The position numbers were made by a program, and so were the translations under genes. This document shows positions 38,601-47,490 of a stretch of 64,000 nucleotides of DNA, one piece after another; the stretch's first letter is position 1; each line of letters starts with the position of its first letter. The stretch is taken from positions 1 to 64,000 of the forward strand of contig JBBTED010000018.1 in assembly GCA_038042445.1 (NCBI GenBank), read 5' to 3'. The notes beneath the pieces were generated by a model. It searched no databases. It was not told the DNA's origin and saw only the letters and a list, made by a program, of their open reading frames with translations. This DNA is from Candidatus Firestoneibacteriota bacterium (GTDB taxonomy: Bacteria; Oederibacteriota; D2-FULL-39-29; JBBTED01).

Positions 38601-39684
38601 TGAAATTTATAATGCTGAATTTCATACAGAACTGCCTTTTATAATTGAGAATTCTCCACTTGATGAGAAAAAATTGCAAGGTAAAGGTATTGATACATTA
38701 TCTGAAATTTCGTTCGGCAAAGATAAAATCTTAAAATTGCAGTTAGAAACCAAGTCGTATGTAGATTTAAAAACTGATTCTCAACTTAGAATGATTTTTA
38801 AAAAACCAGAAGAGAAAATAAAAAGTAGAGAAAATTTAAAAAATCTTAGATTGTTACTTGATTTGGATTTTGATGGAGATGGTAAAAGTGACAAAAAGGC
38901 TGAATATGAAGTTCCTATTATGCTTATTCAATCTGATTATGTAATGATTTATTTTGACGTTTATGATGCAGTAAAATCTGAATTTCCCGGTAAAAAAAAT
39001 TATCATTTGAATGCATTAAAAATCTCTAAAAATTCCGATATTGATAAAAAGTGGTATAATACACCAATAGTAGTGAGTCGTACATGGTTAAAAAAGAAAC
39101 TAATTGATTGTAAGGATTGGAATATGAGCGCCCCAATTTTTGAATTAAATAATAAAAAGTATTATTTAAAGAATATGAACATGAAAAAAATGGAAAATGG
39201 AAAATTGTATTTGGAAATTGATTCTATTTATTTTCCAAAAGGGGAACATTTGTTTTCTACAATTGTTAATTCTCAATGGCAAGTGAATTTTGCAGAAATT
39301 GAACCTGTTAGTATAGATGTTGAAAATAAATGGAAAAATAGTGATAATTTGCATTTACCAAAAATCTCTTTTAAAAAGATCAATACTACGAAATATGTTG
39401 TTGATGTTGAGACCAGTAAACCTTGGACATTGGTATTTAGTGAGGCATATCATCCAAAATGGGAAGCATTCATAAATGGTGAAACAGTATCTTCTAAAAA
39501 TCATTTTGTGGTTAATGGATATGCAAATGGATTTTGTATTGACAAAACAGGCAAATATCAAATTGTTATTGAGTATGCAACTCAGAAATATTTTAATATA
39601 GGTTTAATTGTTTCTGCTATTACATTATTAAGTTGTGTTGGCTATTTGGTCGTAAGAAAACGCAGTGGCAAGTTATTGCTATGA
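35653..39684 (+). CDS. Large membrane protein: N-terminal multi-TM (putative GT-C, AftD/YfhO-like), large extracytoplasmic region, C-terminal YfhO-like domain and TM anchor
   Basis: About 420 aa hydrophobic N-terminus (FY..NP, KG..PPFG, F.P.EKW, YRV..LP); C-terminal F.KIN.TKY.V...LVFSEAYHPKW...NGYANG then TM. Confidence 0.6.
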   Translation: MKNLLKKINSYFFCAFIFAILLAAVLLPYYSNGNIILGGEGNYVLDFNVLLGKLNYTWQNWGVGFPATSSNYNYFIVFFFAFLQKIIPDIQVVNFIFIFILYFLPFFSALLVCRVLNLKPFLSFLISYFYVVNPFSLYYLGTWVNHWNSLVLFIIPLYFFIIFKYYEKNKLLFLFFGLNSALCAFTNANPPLMVVNQISIIISLVFTGIYKDPNFSFNKFAKKYFVVLTSFFLFNIWWILNWMSVMVDIPQMYSTGFALGWADSFKIFPNLIWRNFTFTSLFPINFSVDFVINLYSSNFSFLIVTIPIIIVIYFVMKYKSYSPVVKFLLVCILITLFLMKGILPPFGFIYKFMIIYIPFFSVFKTPIEKWGVLYLFLFILLFIILLKDNDKKKEYKFLLGLFLFYLSYVSFPFVTSKFISDYKMFDGNIATRKYIDKKEYKDLRKNLSNDPVDYRVFSLPGSLNYQIALTMPNDKFYTGMDPVLNSINRQFIAQYSNTLINNFDVLYDNISSEKFSRLLALYNIGAIVLNRDILPWFGFKEKEEMQDLENIFNNEKIYKKEQLIPGTVSLYKLQNEHFLPHIYSSASIVPIVGKNRSLSSLTYTTYLDSYPAIAFTSQVLEKGNFEKIIKDNILFVNSQLSDLALDFVDKNKSLQLLLDEQGQAEFKIKQSAIYEVLVQFKSSVSDKNDKTLILIVDNNILPLPGNCFQNQQWIRFESVSLNKGKHRIRVFFRNDRGKIESIKIVPQKMMQQILNETDVSFKNNEIQTTYLFYKDETYFQEQNDKYRWNILKPSNYKIKMILSPKAEFIKQKDTEKDTFWHLTDFNENILNADMQKHKSIGTNSSNVFSENDENIPLSVNLDWNHNNEKSEKIIQKSFKNLKLNNLPYFSMIFKKDDSVKDVAIKFFVSKYKNGFLKKSFTLENQYSNHFFISSTQTFIADIYKEAVKVLRLPVDADCFLMKIEISVIRVKKGEYKILSPHKFEIYNAEFHTELPFIIENSPLDEKKLQGKGIDTLSEISFGKDKILKLQLETKSYVDLKTDSQLRMIFKKPEEKIKSRENLKNLRLLLDLDFDGDGKSDKKAEYEVPIMLIQSDYVMIYFDVYDAVKSEFPGKKNYHLNALKISKNSDIDKKWYNTPIVVSRTWLKKKLIDCKDWNMSAPIFELNNKKYYLKNMNMKKMENGKLYLEIDSIYFPKGEHLFSTIVNSQWQVNFAEIEPVSIDVENKWKNSDNLHLPKISFKKINTTKYVVDVETSKPWTLVFSEAYHPKWEAFINGETVSSKNHFVVNGYANGFCIDKTGKYQIVIEYATQKYFNIGLIVSAITLLSCVGYLVVRKRSGKLLL

Positions 39685-40361
39685 AAAATTTTGATAAAAA
39701 TATTTTTTTAAATGGCAAGTTAATTTATTTATTAATTGCTGACATAATAATTTCCATTTTTTCATGGAGTTTGGCAATTTATTTATATAATATTTTTGGT
39801 GAAAAAACGCTGACTTTTGAAGTTCTGACTAGACATTCTTATATTATTCTAATTGTAAGCGGTGTTTTGGGATATATATTAACATTGGGAGGATTTAGAG
39901 TTGTTTCCTTAAAAAAGATGCAAGATGTTTTTTTGTATAAAAGTAGGATTTTAATTGCTATAATTTTGTATTGTAGTATTATAGTTTTATTTTTTTGTTT
40001 TACACCTCCACATTCTATTAGGGCATGGATAGTTTTACTGGTTTATCTGACATCTATTTCTGTTTTTACTTTTATATGGCATAAATGGGGAAAATATATA
40101 TATCAATTGTTTTGTGTTACTTTCTTGGAACAGGATTTTAAAAGATATGTTCCTCCTATTTTATTTGAAAGATTTCCCAAAGGAAAAGAAAATTCCGGAA
40201 AAATTTTTATTGGAATTTTTATTGTACTGATTTTATTTTGTACATTATTGCTAATGTTTCAAAATAAGGAATTGGCTGATTATGTAGATGATTATGCCTA
40301 TTTTTCATTGGTTATCGGTGTTGGAATAGAATTATATAGGGGTAGAAAACATTCTAAATGA
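39681..40361 (+). CDS. Hypothetical multi-pass membrane protein
   Basis: About 6 hydrophobic segments; ATG 39681 overlaps the previous stop (ATGA). Confidence 0.65.
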   Translation: MKNFDKNIFLNGKLIYLLIADIIISIFSWSLAIYLYNIFGEKTLTFEVLTRHSYIILIVSGVLGYILTLGGFRVVSLKKMQDVFLYKSRILIAIILYCSIIVLFFCFTPPHSIRAWIVLLVYLTSISVFTFIWHKWGKYIYQLFCVTFLEQDFKRYVPPILFERFPKGKENSGKIFIGIFIVLILFCTLLLMFQNKELADYVDDYAYFSLVIGVGIELYRGRKHSK

Positions 40362-41887
40362 TTAAATATTTCTATTTGCCACTTCTATTATTTGTCGTAA
40401 TCGCAATTTTTCAAAAAATTTTTAATAAGTCCAATAGTGTAAATCATAGTTTGTCATCTGCGGAGGCTTTGCAATTACAAAATAAATTATTTTATATATT
40501 GTGTGCATTGTATATTGTTATTTTTGGAGTATTAAGTATTTTGAGATATGTTTCACTGCATAGTACTTTTTGTGATATGGGAATTTTTGAAAACACAATA
40601 TGGAAGATAGCATATAATAAGGATTTTTATTTGATTTCATTTGGACATTTTTGGCCAATTTTACTTGTTTATGCATTAATTTATAAAATATTTTCATCAG
40701 GTATAACTCTTCTTTTGCTTCAGACAATTGCAATTACTGTAGGTGCATATCCACTATATAAAATAGCTCAAAAGCATTTAAAGGGGGTATTCCCAATAGT
40801 AATTGTTTTGTCATACTTCTTGTATTTTGGAGTCGAATATAATAATTTATTTGATTTTCATCCAGACCATCTTTTTATGACACTATTACTTTTCGGGTTT
40901 TATTTTCTGGAAGAAAAAAACATCAAAGGTTTTATGGTTATTTCTGTTTTAGCTTTATTTATTAAGGAGCCTTTGCTTTTGTCCCTTAGTTTGTTTGGTT
41001 TATATGCAGGAATAAAACACAAAAATTACAAAGAAGGGTTTTTTATTTTTGTTATAGCTATACTGTTTTTTATTGTAGTTACGCAAATTACTATACCTTT
41101 TTATTTTAAAGGTAAGTATCCTTTTGCCAGCAGTGCAATTTCTTCTAAATTTAACTTAGGTTTTTTAGAAATTATCAAAAGTGTTATTTTGCATCCATCC
41201 AGTTTGATAGTAGAATTGTTTTCTTGTAAAGAAAAATTAATTTATCTTTTTTGCATATTTGCTCCACTATTGTTTGTTCCATTGCTTTCACCTTTAGCGC
41301 TTTTGCCAACCTTGCCTATGATATTTATAGCTATTTTATCTCAGGCATATAATTATTATTCTTTGCAAAGTCATTATTCTGCAAGTATTATTCCAGGCCT
41401 ATTTGTGGCATTTATTTATGGATTAAAAAAAATAGAAAAAGTAAAATGGCTTGCTGTTTATGTTGTAAGTTTTTCAATATATTTTAATGTGGTATTAAGT
41501 TCTTCTCCTTCGTCATTATTATTCTGGGAAGGTAAGGATTGGATATATTCAAAGAATGCGTATTTGACTACTAATAGAGATAAAATGATAAATGTTGCAA
41601 TAAAAAAATATATTCCTGTGGATTCAAAAATCAGTGTTACTACACAAAATTCAATTAATAGCGGTAAATTAGCTAAAAGGGACAAATATTTATTATTTCC
41701 TCAATCACAAGATTTTAATAAAAGTGATTATGTAATATTAGATTTAAAAAGGGCGCTTTTTGCCGTGGATAGAACTGATGGGGAAAAAATTGTTAATGAT
41801 ATTTTAAAAACACGAAAAATACTTTTTGAAGAAGACGGTTTTTATATTTTGACAAAAAAATGTGGTTTGGTGGAAAAAGATGACTGA
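40358..41887 (+). CDS. DUF2079-like membrane protein (putative GT-C glycosyltransferase)
   Basis: DMGIF..TIW, GHF.PIL, LL.LQ, DFHP, IKE, HYSA..IP; multi-TM. Confidence 0.75.
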   Translation: MIKYFYLPLLLFVVIAIFQKIFNKSNSVNHSLSSAEALQLQNKLFYILCALYIVIFGVLSILRYVSLHSTFCDMGIFENTIWKIAYNKDFYLISFGHFWPILLVYALIYKIFSSGITLLLLQTIAITVGAYPLYKIAQKHLKGVFPIVIVLSYFLYFGVEYNNLFDFHPDHLFMTLLLFGFYFLEEKNIKGFMVISVLALFIKEPLLLSLSLFGLYAGIKHKNYKEGFFIFVIAILFFIVVTQITIPFYFKGKYPFASSAISSKFNLGFLEIIKSVILHPSSLIVELFSCKEKLIYLFCIFAPLLFVPLLSPLALLPTLPMIFIAILSQAYNYYSLQSHYSASIIPGLFVAFIYGLKKIEKVKWLAVYVVSFSIYFNVVLSSSPSSLLFWEGKDWIYSKNAYLTTNRDKMINVAIKKYIPVDSKISVTTQNSINSGKLAKRDKYLLFPQSQDFNKSDYVILDLKRALFAVDRTDGEKIVNDILKTRKILFEEDGFYILTKKCGLVEKDD

Positions 41888-41931
41888 AAGGAGTACTGGA
41901 AGTGCAAACCATAGTTTTAAAAATGAAGCAA

Positions 41932-41960
41932 TTGACAGAAGAATGATTTGGTTATATAAT
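41932..41960 (+). promoter_or_regulatory. Consensus sigma-70 promoter of the PTS operon
   Basis: Exact TTGACA(41932-41937)-17 nt-TATAAT(41955-41960). Confidence 0.8.
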
Positions 41961-41968
41961 TTAGAGAT

Positions 41969-41984
41969 TATGGTATATACCATA
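41969..41984. promoter_or_regulatory. Perfect 16-bp palindrome, putative repressor operator
   Basis: TATGGTATATACCATA, 8 nt after the -10 box; related copies at 53766-53795. Confidence 0.6.
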
Positions 41985-42032
41985 GCTAAAAAATTAGAAT
42001 TCATAATTTGAATTAGAGAGGGGGATTATATA

Positions 42033-42497
42033 ATGAGAATATTAGATTTTTTAGTTGAAGATGCTATAAAAATAAATTTGGAAGCAAAATCCAAAGAAGA
42101 GGTGATAAAAGAGTTAGTGAAATTGTTGAAAGAAGCTGGAAAAATCAGTGATGAAAAGAAAGCGTTGCAAATTTTGATGGAGAGAGAAGAGCTTGGAAGT
42201 ACAGGTGTAGGACAGGGGGTTGCAATTCCACATGGTAAAACTATTGCAGTGTCTGATTTGGTTTCTGCATTTGGTTTATCTAAAGAAGGTGTGGATTTTG
42301 ATGCTCTTGATGGTGCGCCGGTTCACTTGTTTTTCTTGTTATTAGCTCCAGAAGGTGCTGCGGGTTCACATCTTAAAGCATTGGCACGGATTTCAAGCTT
42401 ACTCAAAGATAAATATTTTAGAAAGGCGCTTATAGATGCTAATAGTTCAGCAGATGTATTAAAAATAATTCGTGAGGAAGAGGAGTTAAGGCATTAA
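42033..42497 (+). CDS. PTS EIIA, fructose/nitrogen-regulatory (PtsN-like)
   Basis: ERE.LGSTGVG.GVAIPHG, GVDFDALDG.PV. Confidence 0.92.
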   Translation: MRILDFLVEDAIKINLEAKSKEEVIKELVKLLKEAGKISDEKKALQILMEREELGSTGVGQGVAIPHGKTIAVSDLVSAFGLSKEGVDFDALDGAPVHLFFLLLAPEGAAGSHLKALARISSLLKDKYFRKALIDANSSADVLKIIREEEELRH

Positions 42498-42910
42498 TGG
42501 TTAATGTATTAGTTGTTTCACATGGCTCATTTGCAAAAGCATTGCTAAAAACAGCAGAGATGATAATTGGTAAGCAAGCGAATGCTATTAGTGTGTCTAT
42601 TAATACAGGTGAAGGATTAGATGAATTGAGAGATAAAATGAATACAGTTCTAAAGAGATTTAAAGGAGAAGTGTTGATTTTATCGGATATGTGTGGGGGG
42701 AGTCCATCATTGGTTAGTTTATCTCTTGTTAAAGAATATAATAATGTGGAAGTTATTGTAGGTGTAAATTTGCCGGTTCTTTTAGAAGTAATGCTTAATA
42801 GAGATAAGAGTTTAAAAGAACTTGCAAAGCTGGCAGTTAAAAGAGGTTTGGAAAGTATAGGTAATATTACGCAGAAGATGAATACGTTAAAAAAATGCAG
42901 TTCATTTTAA
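42497..42910 (+). CDS. PTS mannose/fructose/sorbose family EIIA
   Basis: VVSHG.FA, LSD..GGSP, GVNLP. Confidence 0.92.
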   Translation: MVNVLVVSHGSFAKALLKTAEMIIGKQANAISVSINTGEGLDELRDKMNTVLKRFKGEVLILSDMCGGSPSLVSLSLVKEYNNVEVIVGVNLPVLLEVMLNRDKSLKELAKLAVKRGLESIGNITQKMNTLKKCSSF

Positions 42911-42934
42911 ATACGGTGGACTACTAGTTAAAAA

Positions 42935-43450
42935 ATGCAAATCGTTTTAGCACGAATAGATGATAGATTAATACATGGACAGGTAGTAGTTGGATGGGTG
43001 ACTTATACTGGGGCAAATCATATAGTGGTTATAAATGATACAGTTGCTAAAAATGAAATGCAAAGAACTTTGCTTGAAATTGCAGTTCCAGTTCATTTAA
43101 GAGTTACAATCTGTACAGTTGATGAGGCACCATCTAAAATTAATGATGTAGAATTTAAAAATGACAAGGGACTATTGCTTTTTACTAATCCTATTGATGT
43201 GCAAAAATTACTCGGAAAATGCAATGCATTTGAAAGTCTGAATGTTGGTGGAATGAAATTTTCTCCTGGAAAAAAAGAAGTATTAAAGTCTGTGTATCTA
43301 AATACACGAGATGCTATTACTTTGCTGAAGTTGAATGAATGTGGAATTGAGATTGAAGGGAGAATGGTTCCTACAGATAAAAAAGTAGATGTAGTAAAAT
43401 ATATAAAAGATCATAGAGAAAATTTCTTAGGAAAGAATGAAAAAAATTAA
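42935..43450 (+). CDS. PTS mannose/fructose/sorbose family EIIB
   Basis: RIDDRLIHGQV, LNVGGM, VP.D. Confidence 0.93.
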   Translation: MQIVLARIDDRLIHGQVVVGWVTYTGANHIVVINDTVAKNEMQRTLLEIAVPVHLRVTICTVDEAPSKINDVEFKNDKGLLLFTNPIDVQKLLGKCNAFESLNVGGMKFSPGKKEVLKSVYLNTRDAITLLKLNECGIEIEGRMVPTDKKVDVVKYIKDHRENFLGKNEKN

Positions 43451-45599
43451 TTTAATATTTGGCACACATAATCATCAGCCAGTTGGAAATTTTGACTCAA
43501 TTTTTGAAGAAGCGTATAGTAGGGCGTATTTGCCATTTATTGAGACTCTTATAAAATTTCCAAGTATAAAGATTACTGCTCACTATTCTGGAGTATTGCT
43601 TTCCTGGATATCAAAAAAACATCCGGATTTTATCGATAAACTCAAAAATTTGGTTAATGCAAACAGAATAGAATTTATTGGTGGTGGTTTTTATGAACCA
43701 ATTTTTTCAATAATACCAGATTCAGATAAAATAGGACAAATAAAGATGCTTTCAAGTTTTTTAAAAAACAATCTGAATTATTCACCAAAAGGAATGTGGC
43801 TTACTGAAAGAATATGGGAGCCACATCTTGCAAAACCGATACAGGAAGCAGGAATTGAATATACAATATTAGATGATTCTCATTTTAAATCTGCAGGTCT
43901 TCCTGCAGATAAGATGTATGGTTATTTTACAACTGAAGAACAATCCTGTTTGCTTAAAATTTTCCCTATAAGTCAGCAACTCAGGTATTTTATTCCATTT
44001 AGACAACCACAGGAAGTAATAGAATTTTTAAGAAGCATCGCTACAGAATCAGGAAATAATACTGTTGTTATTGTTGATGATGGAGAGAAATTTGGGATAT
44101 GGCCGCATACTTATGAATGGGTATACGAAAAAAAATGGCTGGAAAACTTTTTTTCTGCATTAGAATCAAATAAAGAATGGTTAATTACTACGACATTTGC
44201 TGAAAATATGCAAAATTTTCCACCACTTGGGCGTTTTTATATTCCATGTGGTTCTTATGCAGAAATGATGGAGTGGGCGTTGCCTGCAGAAACAACTTTA
44301 GAATATCAATTATACATGGAAGAACTTAAAAAAACAGGAAAATATGAAAATGTTGGTAAATTTTTTAAAGGTGGATTTTGGAGAAATTTTCTTGTGAAAT
44401 ATCCAGAAGCTAATAATATACAAAAAAAGATGTTTTATGTTAGTAGTAAAGTGAATAAATTAATAAAAAAAACAAGAAAAACATCCCCAAATATGCCTGT
44501 ATTGGAAAAAGCACAAGATGAATTGTGGAAAGGACAGGCAAGTTGTGCATATTGGCATGGAATATTTGGAGGGATATACCTCAATCATCTTCGTTATAGT
44601 TTATATAATCATTTAATTAATGCAGAAAATTTGATTGATACAATTAACTATGGCAATGTAGATTGGCAAAAAACTGAAGAAATTGATTTTGATTGCGATG
44701 GATTTACCGAAGTTTTGATAAATTCAAACAAGTTAAATATATATGTTGATCCCTTAGATGGTGGGTCAATTTTTGAAATGGATTGTAAGCCTTATGGATT
44801 TAATATTTTAAATACACTTGCAAGGCGAAAAGAAGCTTATCATAAAGATTTATCTTTTGATAAATTGCATACTTCGGCAACTTCTTTAACTAATGCTGGC
44901 AGTATTCATGATTTGTCACGTACATTTGAAGTAGGATTGGAAAAATTGTTGAAATATGATTGGTATCGTAGAGTGTCTCTTTTGGACCATTTTTTGGGAA
45001 ATAATACTAAACTTGAAGATTTTGCTGGATGTAACTACAGTGAGCAGGGCGATTTTATTAATCAGCCTTATAGTTATAAAATAACAAAAGCAGATGACAA
45101 ATTATTATTAGAGTTAGTTCGTGATGGAAACGTATGGGTTTCTGATAGAAAATATCCTGTAAAAATAAAAAAAATAATACAGGTTGCAAAAGGTGAATCA
45201 AAATTAAAAATTAATTATGAATTAACAAATTTATCCGTAAGTGACATAAATTTATGGTTTGGAGTGGAATTTAATTTGTCAATGTTGACAGGTGATGCTT
45301 CAGATAGGTATTACAAATTTACAAACATAAATATTAAAGATCGAACTATGGGAAGTGTTGGAGAGATAGATTGTGTGAAAGAATTTAGGGTTGTAGATGG
45401 GTGGCATAAATTTGAGATGATATTTGAATTTAATAAAGATATAAAATTATGGCGTTTTCCAATAGAAACAATTTCACAATCTGTCGGTAAATTGGAAAAA
45501 TCTTATCAGAGTTCTGTTATTTTTCCAAACTGGAAATTTAGTCTTAAACCAAATGAAAAGTGGAATGTAGTAATTACTCAGGAATTCAAAGGATTATAA
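43437..45599 (+). CDS. GH57 alpha-amylase/4-alpha-glucanotransferase
   Basis: HNHQP.GN, GGFYEPI, GMWLTERIWEP, DDGEKFG.WP, SY.EM.EW, AYWHG.FGG.Y. Confidence 0.92.
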   Translation: MKKINLIFGTHNHQPVGNFDSIFEEAYSRAYLPFIETLIKFPSIKITAHYSGVLLSWISKKHPDFIDKLKNLVNANRIEFIGGGFYEPIFSIIPDSDKIGQIKMLSSFLKNNLNYSPKGMWLTERIWEPHLAKPIQEAGIEYTILDDSHFKSAGLPADKMYGYFTTEEQSCLLKIFPISQQLRYFIPFRQPQEVIEFLRSIATESGNNTVVIVDDGEKFGIWPHTYEWVYEKKWLENFFSALESNKEWLITTTFAENMQNFPPLGRFYIPCGSYAEMMEWALPAETTLEYQLYMEELKKTGKYENVGKFFKGGFWRNFLVKYPEANNIQKKMFYVSSKVNKLIKKTRKTSPNMPVLEKAQDELWKGQASCAYWHGIFGGIYLNHLRYSLYNHLINAENLIDTINYGNVDWQKTEEIDFDCDGFTEVLINSNKLNIYVDPLDGGSIFEMDCKPYGFNILNTLARRKEAYHKDLSFDKLHTSATSLTNAGSIHDLSRTFEVGLEKLLKYDWYRRVSLLDHFLGNNTKLEDFAGCNYSEQGDFINQPYSYKITKADDKLLLELVRDGNVWVSDRKYPVKIKKIIQVAKGESKLKINYELTNLSVSDINLWFGVEFNLSMLTGDASDRYYKFTNINIKDRTMGSVGEIDCVKEFRVVDGWHKFEMIFEFNKDIKLWRFPIETISQSVGKLEKSYQSSVIFPNWKFSLKPNEKWNVVITQEFKGL

Positions 45600-45600
45600 A

Positions 45601-46383
45601 ATGCAAAAAGCAATAATTGTAGGAATTTTAGGTGGGTTATTTAATTTAGAGGGCAGAGCGATTGGTGAGCTAATGTTTTCTCAGCCATTGGTTGCTGGAA
45701 CAATAACAGGATGGTTGTTGGGGGATATACATACAGGTTTGATTATTGGTGCAATACTACAGTTGATATGGATAAATATGCTTCCAGTTGGAGCAAGTAT
45801 TCCTCCTGATTCATCTTTGGCATCTGTGTTAGGTGTGACATTTGCTATATCTTTACTTTCTAGTCATAAGTTGCCTTCTGATATCATAATGGCATATTCA
45901 GTGGCATTAGCAATTCCATTGGGTCTTGTTGGTAAATGGATGGATTTTCATTTAAGGGAATTCAATGCGAATTTATCGCATAGAGTTTCTATGTATGCAT
46001 CACAGGGAAATACAGTTGCTATTGATTTAATCACTGGAGCGGCAGTAGTGCTTTCATTTTTTAAGGGGTTTATACTATGTTTTATTGCAACACTTCTGGC
46101 AGATAGAATTTTGTTGGATATATTGGTATCACTGCCGCATCAGATTAAAGATGGATTGAGGTTATCCTGGAAATTTTTTCCTGCGATAGGAATTGCTGTG
46201 ATAATAAATATGTTTTGTGTAAAAAAGTTTATTTCATTTTTTATTGGAAGTTACCTATTTGTTGTTATTCTTTTAGCAGTAGCAGGGTTTAGCAAGATAA
46301 TTTTATTTTTAATTGTGTTATCTATTGCAATATTGATGGCATTTGAAATGAGAAAATTTCAAAAAGATGGAGAGATTTGCTAA
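45601..46383 (+). CDS. PTS mannose family EIIC
   Basis: SQPLVAG...G.LLGD...GL.IGA.LQL, PVGA.IPPD. Confidence 0.88.
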   Translation: MQKAIIVGILGGLFNLEGRAIGELMFSQPLVAGTITGWLLGDIHTGLIIGAILQLIWINMLPVGASIPPDSSLASVLGVTFAISLLSSHKLPSDIIMAYSVALAIPLGLVGKWMDFHLREFNANLSHRVSMYASQGNTVAIDLITGAAVVLSFFKGFILCFIATLLADRILLDILVSLPHQIKDGLRLSWKFFPAIGIAVIINMFCVKKFISFFIGSYLFVVILLAVAGFSKIILFLIVLSIAILMAFEMRKFQKDGEIC

Positions 46384-47156
46384 TGAAACTTTCTAGATTC
46401 GATTTAATAGTTACAATGTATCGCTCGCTTTTTGTTGAAACTGTTTGGAATTTTGAAAGAATGCAAAGTGTTGGATTTTTATATGCGATTATTCCTGCAA
46501 TAAGGAAACTCTATCCAAATAAAATAAAAAGGATTTCTGCATTAAAGAGACATTTGAAGCCATTTAGTACACATCCATATATGACTGGTATAATTTTGGG
46601 GGTTATCCTTAAAAAAGAAGAAGAGATAGCCTGTGGCACAGAGGAAAATACAAAAGTTATTGATGATATTAAATCAAATATGATGGGTCCTTTAGCTGCA
46701 CTTGGGGATTCATTTTTTTGGTCAGCATGGCGTCCTTTAATTGCTCTTTTAGGAACAACGATAACTATGCTTTCTGTGAAAAATCAATGCAGTATTATCT
46801 TGGGTCCTGTAGTTTTTTTAATAATATACAATATTCCTCATTTTTATTTGCGATGTATAGGATTTATAAAAGCGTATAACAGTGGTTTGGGGATAATATC
46901 AACCATAAGAAATTTGAATATTCAAAAACTTGTGGAAAGATTATATCTTATTGGTGCAATTATGGCAGGATGTGTTATTGCATTGCTTTTTTCATGGGAT
47001 AAATTTAAACTTTTAGACATAGAATTTATTAGGAATATATTTTTTTTTAGCGTTATTCTTTTGCTAACAGTTGCGTTAAAGTTCCAAATAACAGCAACAA
47101 AGCTTTTATATATAATAATAATAATATGCACAATTAGCGTATATTTTGGATTTTAA
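46383..47156 (+). CDS. PTS mannose family EIID
   Basis: WNFERMQ..GF, RHL..F.THP, MGPLAALGDSFFW. Confidence 0.92.
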   Translation: MKLSRFDLIVTMYRSLFVETVWNFERMQSVGFLYAIIPAIRKLYPNKIKRISALKRHLKPFSTHPYMTGIILGVILKKEEEIACGTEENTKVIDDIKSNMMGPLAALGDSFFWSAWRPLIALLGTTITMLSVKNQCSIILGPVVFLIIYNIPHFYLRCIGFIKAYNSGLGIISTIRNLNIQKLVERLYLIGAIMAGCVIALLFSWDKFKLLDIEFIRNIFFFSVILLLTVALKFQITATKLLYIIIIICTISVYFGF

Positions 47157-47183
47157 TAAATATGATAATGATAAAAAAATATT

Positions 47184-47471
47184 ATGACAACTAAAGCTAA
47201 TTATTTAGAGAAAGAAGTTGAGATAGCAAATAAACTTGGATTGCATTTGCGTGCTGCTGCACTTTTTGTTAAACTTGCAAATCAGTATAAAAGTGAAGTA
47301 TTTGTGAAAAAAGGCGTCCAGCAGGTAGATGGTAAGTCTATAATGGGGATAATGACTTTAGCAGCTCCGTTTGGTTCTAAAATAAAAATAATGTCAAAAG
47401 GGTCAGATGCAAACGAAATGCTTAATGCTTTGGAAAAACTTATAAAAATTAAATTTGGAGAAAAAGAATAA
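47184..47471 (+). CDS. ptsH: Phosphocarrier protein HPr
   Basis: NKLGLHLRAAA, VDGKSIMGIMTL. Confidence 0.93.
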   Translation: MTTKANYLEKEVEIANKLGLHLRAAALFVKLANQYKSEVFVKKGVQQVDGKSIMGIMTLAAPFGSKIKIMSKGSDANEMLNALEKLIKIKFGEKE

Positions 47472-47490
47472 TGGCAAGGATTTCTATGAA

